The notes beneath the pieces are model-generated. The model was given only the letters and a program-made list of their open reading frames with translations. It was not told the origin of the DNA and ran no database searches. Below are positions 51,513-60,000 of a DNA stretch of 60,000 nucleotides, in pieces (position 1 is the first letter of the stretch; each line of letters begins with the position of its first letter). The position numbers were made by a program, and so were the translations under genes. This stretch comes from Lytechinus pictus. Its lineage: Eukaryota. The DNA lies in assembly GCF_037042905.1 (NCBI RefSeq), contig NC_087251.1, positions 23,624,001 to 23,684,000 on the forward strand, read 5' to 3'.

Positions 51513-52138
51513 GAAATAAGCTAACACGAAAAAAAGACGTTTTGGGGACTGTTACATAAGAATTCATGAGTGGGATAGGTAACTATCTATTCTATTCTTG
51601 TTTGTTTTCTATTATTATTTGTGTGTTGTGTTTATTTTTCTTGAAGCACCAAAAGGTGGACATGTCCGATAAAATATATTAACGAAGTCATGCACCATTA
51701 TTATCATAAGCTAACGGATCAAAATGCGAGCGTGAAACATGAGCTTCTTTTTTTCTTAATTCAGTCTTAACGATACTTTTTCATCATATTTTAAAGGTGA
51801 ATCTCATGATTCAAAATGATAAATGCTTGTCGCACGGGCAGAAATAGCGGGACCAACAGTTATTTTCAATATTCCGAACTGCATTCTGGACGTTGTATAA
51901 GCACCTTTGTATAACAATTAAAAGGGTAGGCCTATTTACCTTACAAATTATGCGAGCGCTGAACTTTTGGACATTTAAACCTCAACAAATGGACATTCTA
52001 AGCATTTTTAAAATATGAACAACATCATAACTGTCACTTACAAAAATGATGCCAGCGCGAAGCTCGCACTTATAATTTTTGATATCGATGACAGGACTGT
52101 ATCTAAATGAAAAATAATGCGAGGGCATTTGCGCTTAA
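49176..52138. repeat. Long inverted duplication: arms 49176-50548 and 50773-52138, 224-bp spacer
   Basis: The arms are reverse complements along their entire ~1.37 kb, with scattered substitutions/indels and different (TA)n lengths; TTAA at both outer ends. Confidence 0.97.
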
Positions 52139-53487
52139 AGGTAAATTGTGACATTGGTTTAATTCAATTTTTTAAAATATATTTCGCGCTTTGCTTTCCA
52201 CAATATTGATATACAAGTTCTGATTCCTAACAATGCCTGGATTGGCCAGAATGTACTGTTTTGTTTTTCCAAAAAAATAAAATAGATGAGAAGTCCCGAA
52301 TTGTCTGCTTTATTTGGAAGTATGGTTAATCGAAGGAAGGAAATATGAAGAGCGCCACCTTGAGACCAAATGATTCGATAACTTCCGATCAGTGCAAGAC
52401 AACACCGCCCAGATTCGTGCCGTGTGCACAACATTTACTTTGAAACGTACGATCGACCTTGATCACATTGTCAACAATACGGGGAAAGTCCCGCTTTGCT
52501 GCACGTTGACCGCGCAGACTGAAATCAGGGTTGTTCTGTTCCTATATTTCCTTCGATTTCGTAGGAAGCGTGTGTAAATACGGAAGATGCCTTGGACGTG
52601 CAGGCCCCTGTAATGCACACTTTCAAAGAATCAGATACCGCGGACATGTCAAATCCTTGGTCAAACGTGCTTCGTGCAGTGACCATCACGACAATGACGT
52701 TATGCATGTTCAGCCCGGCTACCCCCACTTCTTTCAAATTGCGGTGATTTGGGTTTGTGTGTGTGTGTGTATATGAGAGATTTTTTTCTTTCTCTCATAT
52801 ATTTCGTTTCTCTCTTTATTACTTCCTCAGTGTATGGAAGGCTAGGCAAGCAGGACGGGAGGCGTGTAAGGATGCTTGTGAAAGGGAAAGAAAATGGCTA
52901 TTCGTATTTCTTTCTTCCTTCCTTCCTTTCTTTTTTTTCTTTCTTTCTTATTTTCTTTCTTTCTTTCTTCCTGTTTAGTTACATTTTATTATACACAACT
53001 TTTCCTTTTCTAATTCCGTTCACTAAACTGTTATCACGTTTTTTGATTTGCTCATTATGATTCATATCACGTGTTGTATGATGTCTTTATTTATGATACT
53101 TTTGAAAAAAAGAAGGAAAAATAATAACTGTGCGTCCTATATAGACTACCTCTATCAGTAAATTACAGCCTCCACCTACAATACAGCGTGCTCTGTTTTT
53201 TGTAATATATATAGCCTACTATTCCGTTTCTTTTATTTTGAGGCCAGCTATAATAAAGGTTACGAGTCAATCAATGACATATCAAGCTGCCTACGTGCTT
53301 GGGTCGAAGAACATCACGAATATTGTTATATTTTGGGGATTTCATTTCATCTTTCGTTCCAATGGGGTGTATGGCTTTACGATTTAAAAAATCTGCTCGC
53401 GGGCGAGCATAAATGTAATTTTTTGAAAGTATATTCATGATTATTATTATACCTCACCCTTTTTCTTTTTTCTGTCTTTATTTTCTC

Positions 53488-54388
53488 CCCCGGGGGGGGG
53501 GGGGGGGGGGGCACTCGACCAAAAAAAGTGGTAGGGGTGTGCCGCTGGCGAGACTAAAAACGGGGTCTTGGAGCGGGCTTATTGTAAAGAGGAGGGCCCT
53601 CGGAACGGGCTTTTGGAACTACAAATGTTTGTGAAAATGGGGGTCCTTGGAACGGACCGCCAGCGTGTGAGTGCGTATCATTAGCGGCGGAAGCAAACAA
53701 AATTAGGGGAGGTCCACCTGAAATTTTGGGATGGACACAGGTAAAATTTGACAAGCCCCCTCCCCCTTTCCAAAAAAAAGGTTATCAACCTAAATTTTAG
53801 GAAAGTGGATCACCCAAATTGTTTGACAAGGAAAATGAAAAAAAGGTCATCAGCCTACACTTTAGGGGGGGGGACCACAAACATTTCAGGGGGGTCCACG
53901 TGAATTTAGGGGGGGACGCACGAAACAAAATTGACAAGCAAAAAAAAAAAGGTTATCAACAAAAAATTTTGAGGGAACCGTCCCCCCTGTCCTCCCCCCC
54001 CCCCCCCGCTTTTATGGTGCGTATGTATCCCTATGGAACGGGCATGCGTGCATGATGCAGCGAGTCCGGCGGGCGCCGAGTGCGCTCGCGTAGAGGTGGT
54101 CGGACAGCGCTCTGCGGCCGCTTTTTACTAAAATTGCAGCTTATTGTAGCAGATCAATGCGACCGGAACGGCGTAACGAAAAATATGCGAAGTTTTCGAG
54201 CGGATTTCTTTCTTCTTTTTTTCTCGATAAGAAGAAAAATGCTATGCTTTGGAGCGGCTTTCTTTGTTCTTTTCTCAATAACACAAAAATGCTATGCCTT
54301 GGAACGGAAATTTGAGTGTCAAAAAATGGGGGTCCCCTTCGCGGCACATACCCACTATGCATTATATACTGAGTGCCCCCCCCCCCCC
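53488..54388. mobile_element. Non-autonomous element with G/C-string termini, containing a nested insert (~53680-54015)
   Basis: CCCG(n)CACTC...GGTGTGCCGC at left versus GCGGCACATACC...GAGTGC(n) at right. Confidence 0.6.
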
Positions 54389-54839
54389 ATCCTTCTTTCT
54401 TGGAGGTACAGCTTTTAGAGGGGACCGTGAGTCCTGAGCCCTTTCTGTACGCCCATGTGTAGGGGGTCGAGTATATACTTGAGTAAACTAAATTTAGTCC
54501 TACGAGCGCGTGAGCTGCAATAAAAAAAAACAACTGACTGACAATAGTGCTAATGTTTAGTAGGTGCATGCTTATTCGCGCCGTCTCCGGGAAGGGGCAG
54601 GTTGTGGCGGAGGGGGGGGGGGTGAGGTAATTGGTTGCCGACAGATATGAGTCATTAGGCTTTAGTGTTCCTCATCTTTACTTCTTTCGTCAATATACGG
54701 GCAGACCAAGAACAAAATATCTCGAATATTGTTCGGAGCGCAAACTGACTTTTGTTAAAGATTTAGACATAGAACAGGGACATTCTAGCCACTATTTATA
54801 ACCATAATATGATTAGGAAGAGTATCATGCTCAATAAAT

Positions 54840-55651
54840 GAAGAGCCCACTTGCAAAAGGGGTTAGGTCCATTTTTCATCAAATATGATTTTTTTTGGGT
54901 CTCAATGTATAGATTTGTAGTAGCTCTATAAGGTGATTCAAAAAAAGTTGAAATTTCCATTAAAAAGTGATCTAATGGCACAGAAAAATCACTTTTTTTT
55001 AAGGGGTTAGGTCCATTTCAGTTTAGTTGCAAAAGGGGTTAGGTCCACACAGAATTTTTTTAAAGATATGAAGACTGGTTGATTTCTTTTATATCCAATT
55101 TTATGTTCTCATGGTAGGGTATCACAAACATTAAATTTCGCATAAGAATATTGCAATAGGGGAGAATAAAAAAAAATAATAAATTTCTTGGAGTTGACCT
55201 ATAACCCCTTTTGCAAACAAACTATTCTGAAGAGCTCATTTGTCAAAAGGGGTTAGGTCCATTGTTCATTATTTGTTTTGTTTTCTGTCTCGAATCCTCT
55301 AAAATTTTAGTCGTTCTGATAAAAACAACGAAATTTTGAAATTCGAATCATATGAAAACGTGAATAAAAGTGGCAAAAATAAATCACCTTTTTAATCAAA
55401 ATAGATTGGATTCATTCCAGTTTAGTAGCAAAAGGGGTTAGGTCCACAATGATAATTTTTAAAAGAATATATAGAAAAAAATTGAAGACAGGTAGATTTA
55501 CTTCATACCTAATTTTATGTTCACATGATAGGGTAGTACATCATGACAATTTAGTTCCTCATAAGAGTATTGCAGTAAGTGAGAATAAAAAACATGGTTT
55601 TTCTCGGAATGGTAAAAAGTGGACCTAACCCCTTTTGCAACTAAACTCTTC
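54840..55651. mobile_element. Sola-like non-autonomous element with an internal ~400-bp duplication
   Basis: AAAT|GAAGAG...CTCTTC|AAAT (4-bp AWWT TSD); AAAAGGGGTTAGGTCCA repeated five times and inverted at the right end. Confidence 0.7.
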
Positions 55652-58600
55652 AAATAATGCGAGCGCGAAGCGCTATCTTATTATTTTATATTCAGTCTGA
55701 CATGAAAATTGTAGATTTTAATCACAATCTATGTATGTCGATGAGTAATCAATGACAGCGCATAAGATAAAGCATAAGATAATAGTTTTTATAATAGTTA
55801 TGATACGTCGAGCGCGACAGCCCTGCATGAACTGTCATCGGTTTTCATGGATGAAAAAAAAACCTTTCATGCACTCTTTTAAATTTCACTTCTCATTTCT
55901 TTTTTATATATTCTCCACCCTTTTACAACATGAACCTGAATAAAGGAAACTTCGAGAAAATTTAAAAGGGTGGTGAAATAAACGGAACACAAAAAGCAGG
56001 CCATGCAATGCGCTTACTTGCGTGGATGTGTACATCTCAAAATGATAATATCATGTATAAAAATATAAACATGAGGATATTATTTCATTTCATCTTGGAT
56101 TAAAAAAAAAAAAATTCGCAGTTAGTATCACTTCCCGAAAGGAATGTTTTCATTCAATAGCAATACATTAGAAGAAAAATTGATTTCGAGAAAAATAATG
56201 AGAAAAACAATATAAATGGTCATTAGTGCGTAAATCCGATATCCATCACTTCCAACGTCATGATAATTACGTACATTATTATTACTATTATTAATACACC
56301 ATCGTTATCATTATTATTATATTGGGGGATATATACCCCACCCACCCCCGGGATCGAAACCTATATCTGTTATAGTCAAATAACAGAACGTTCCATCATT
56401 GTTTCCGCTCACCCCACATGGTATTTCGTCATTATTTTATCATTTATCAATGATATGAACTATCATGACTAAAATTTTTGTCTACCATGTAGATATTTTG
56501 TTTCAATTATATTCTGTTGAAATCGCTGGATTACAGATGGGGTGAGGGCCATGGACACCTCCCCCGGCCCATAAAAAAATCACCGTTAAGAAAACAGAAG
56601 AGAATAGGAAAGAACTGAGAGACAATAGGAAATAAATTATCATCTCAATAATAGGTCAAAATCTATCACAATCAGTGTTTTGTTATGAGGAATGTCAAGA
56701 CATTTGCCCGATACGCCATTCTGTCCAACTCAATTTTTGCCCATTTTACGCTATTGGTCACTTATCATTGTCAATTTGGAATTAATGAGTTCTTGATTAA
56801 TTCAGTATTGTTTTTATTTTTCTGTATTTTCGTTGCTATACAATTCCTATATCCGGTTGTGTCTATAGTCTTCATGTTCACATTTTCAAAGGGACTTTCT
56901 TTTATTTCAATATTGTTTTTTTTTTTTTCGATTTATTGATTGGATAAACAAAATAAATTTACAATGCATGTAGCATAATCATAATACGGCCTGAAATACA
57001 ATTGACAATGTTTTAACTGTATGAAGATAGGACTTAGACATAAAGAATGTAAAAGCATATAACTATCATGAACAATGCAGAAAATGCAGAGTAAAACTCC
57101 AAAAGCAAAGAAATGCTTGAAACGTATCAGCCAAAAAGGGGGAGAAGGGCTACACGGAAACTTATGAATTAAATTGGTCCGTAAGAAAAATTTAATGTCA
57201 CAAATAATCAAAGTATTACAGGGGCCACGGAAACGGGGGGAGGGGCTGCGGCCCACGCACTGCAAAAAAACGTAAAAGTTACCATCGGATTATGATTATT
57301 TGCATGGGCAGCCCCCACCCCATCACACTTTCCAATCCGTTTCGCGGCCCTTGAGAAAGGGAAAAAAGTAGGAATCCAAAAGTGAAGTGTGAGCTTTATT
57401 TTGGTATATGCCTAGATTCAAAGAAATATATCACTTGTGAGTTATTGCCCCGTGGCCGCTGTGCATTCATATACTTCTACATATCGAATTACCGCTCAGT
57501 GAGGATTCACAAGTATAATTATCATTTTTCTCCTGGAGTTTATGAAAACATAATAGGCAAGAATATTTTCATCGGCAACATGAAAAATGTGCATCTCATA
57601 TCCGTTAAACCTCGGGACCTGCCCATCATTTTCAAACAAGAATGTCATCTTTACTTCCAAAGGTAGGCTTTTCCCGCACCAAACTATTCTTACAAGCCAT
57701 ATATAGACGAGTAAATTTACTTTATCATCAATAATGATTTCAACATTATTTTCCGCCCGAGTTGTAAAATGTTGATGACGCCGTGGAGCTAAAGGCGTCG
57801 GATATAATACAACATTTAATTCGTCTTTCTATATATACTCTAAAAATGCGTTACAGGATAATTATGCCCTTTAATGATAACACCCACTTTTTCATGTATT
57901 CTACCATTTTGATTGTTTTTTGTTGTTGTTTTTGTGTAACTTTCGTTGGTATTTTATTTTGTTTATTTACACCCAGCTATCACTTCGGACCGTCTCGACC
58001 TCGTATTCTTTCGGTTGTGTATTCAATAGTCCAGATACTTCTTTCATTCTCTTTCCCCTATTTCACGACGGCAGCATATCATATTTTGGAACCTATGAAT
58101 TGAGGGGTTCGGGTTACTCTACATCTTTTAAACATATAGCAAGATAAAACGCAAAAAAATGCCATGTGATTTTTTTATGGCCAGCCCCCTTCACCCTTTC
58201 TGCTCAGCCCCCACACTTTCAACTCCATGCTGCCACTGCCTTAGCGTTAAATGACCCAACAACTCGACGCAAACAACATTATTTTTTGTGCGAGTGAACT
58301 AAGCGAGGGAATCCAGAAAATTATTCCTTCTTTCATGTCATTGTTTTCTCAATTTCTATTTCTACATCTTTTCTATTTCTATATCTTGGTCACAGATCTT
58401 CTTTCTTGAGGGCAGATGGTCCCCAAGCCCCCGCCCCCAACATGTACGCCATGCAGTGACATTGCATGTACTCTATTTATGTGACGCCCCTTTCCCCTTC
58501 TTGATATCAAAGCCATTTAAACCTCGCAGATTGCCGGTTTTTTAATCAAATCGCAGGTATATACAGAATATAGCTTTTACACATTTATTTATTTAACCCA

Positions 58601-60000
58601 GTTGAACCGAATATTTTGAGGTGGCCAAACATAGCAATGTGGGAAAATTTGTAAAAAGTCGCCAGCACGCGAGCAAATCGAGCTAGAAAAAATTGCCCAT
58701 CGAAATTGACATTTCATTGTTTCCATTCATTTCATCATACGTTGTCTCCTATAATTTATTTTATTACTTCTTGGGTGTAGAACCATTTGTAGGCCAGTGA
58801 TTGAACTTAAAGGAATGGTCCCTACAAGGAGCGTTACAGAGCCATTTGAAGGTTATAGATGAAGAGCTCCTACCGCATGGGGTCTGGGGCAACTGCCCCG
58901 GTAGCTTATTTGAATAAAATTTAGCAAGTTTATAGCACTATGTTGTAAGCAGTCCTTCTTTTTTCCCACTCTTTATTTTCATTCCTCGGCAGCCCGGTTG
59001 TGTCATTAATTTTTTTTCTTGTCTTTTTTCTTTGATTTCCAATGTAGCTTTTGACTATTTCCATTCCGACCTTCATTTACCGCTATGTTTTCTATTGCAT
59101 TAAATATAGGCCTATTTCGGAATGATTTTTTCTTTCTCAAATGTTCTTCTTTCATTCCTTTTCCGTCCGATATCCGTCATTTTCCATTAAAAAAAATCAT
59201 CGTTTTCTTTTCCTCCTTTCCTTTTCTTTCCCCTTCCCCTTTCACCCTTATGTTTGTTAAAATATCCCTCCCTTTTCCCCGTTTTTTCTTCTTTTTTTTT
59301 TCAGTGAAATCCGTTAGGGGGCAGCTTGCCCCCCCCCCCCCCGCCTGTTACGCCACTGGTCGTGCCGAAACAGAATCTACGGTATTGTTTACATAGCAAA
59401 TCTCAGAATTTCCTTGCTCTATGAAGTTTCAATCTTGGCAGAGGCTGGGACGAGCATGTGGAAGTAGCTAGCGACCACTTTGTGTGCGACCATGGTGCAA
59501 CTCCCCTACAACCCATGCCCGGGCCCATGCCTCAGGGGCCGCGGAAGCGGGTCCGGGGGGGGGGGGCTGGGGGAATTCAGCCCCCCGGCCCCCTCACTTA
59601 TTTCCAAAACAGTGTACAAAAAACGTAAAAATGACATTAGGATTGTGATATTTTGAATGGTCAGCCCCCCCCCCCACTTTGAAAACTGTTCCGCGACCCA
59701 TATTGCCGTACCTATTACCCCATACCACTGGTAGAACACGAAACGGTAGCTATAGGCCTACGTCTAATCCGTAAGACTATGAAAAAAACTGGAGGCCAAT
59801 GCATGCAGCTGCCTCTACCTGTACCAAGATCATATCATGTACGCATAAGTGGGGTAAACCCATCCCGAAACCCATATATACCTAACAGTGCTGTAACTTC
59901 CATTTCATTTTGTAAAGAGGCAGAGAATCTATTTGCGATGACCGTAGCAAGTGGTTCCTCTCATGCCCCCAAACAAAGTGTGAGCCGTGTAATTGTCATT

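Noticed and set aside
57530..58147. Possible + strand exons (donor at 57662, acceptor at ~57976)
   Set aside because: Joined frames are short or stop early and resemble no known family; insufficient support

Overview
Eukaryotic, AT-rich, intron-containing DNA. It is almost certainly sea urchin; the repeat families look Lytechinus-like, but that is an inference. Two convergent protein-coding genes can be assembled with phase-consistent GT-AG splice sites. (1) On the + strand is GCF1 (SpGCF1/suGF1 G-string-binding, DNA-looping factor), CDS join(20211..20586,21986..23112), 500 aa, with candidate non-coding upstream exons and a long 3' UTR. (2) On the - strand is a five-exon ~330 aa death-fold adaptor (DED-like + two death domains, FADD-like), CDS 39280 to 30875, with candidate 5' UTR exons at ~40.7 kb and ~47.5 kb. 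The rest is a dense transposon landscape in which many termini and target-site duplications (TSDs) can be read directly. It includes a decayed Tc1 transposase element stacked between two non-autonomous Tc1/mariner elements, a 5'-truncated L1/Tx1-type LINE with a 15-bp TSD, hAT-, P-, AcademH-, Sola-, Kolobok- and Harbinger-like non-autonomous elements, Helentron-type tandem-core elements and tRNA-SINEs. The most unusual structures are a ~3 kb inverted duplication (49176-52138) just upstream of the death-fold gene, a hAT element carrying an intact copy of a segment found 10 kb upstream (possible Pack-hAT capture), a minimal hammerhead-like motif on the sense strand of the death-fold gene's putative first intron, and clusters of GCF1-type C/G-string sites around GCF1 itself. 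There are no CRISPR, rRNA or bona fide tRNA genes. All superfamily calls rest on termini and TSDs only; no database search was run.
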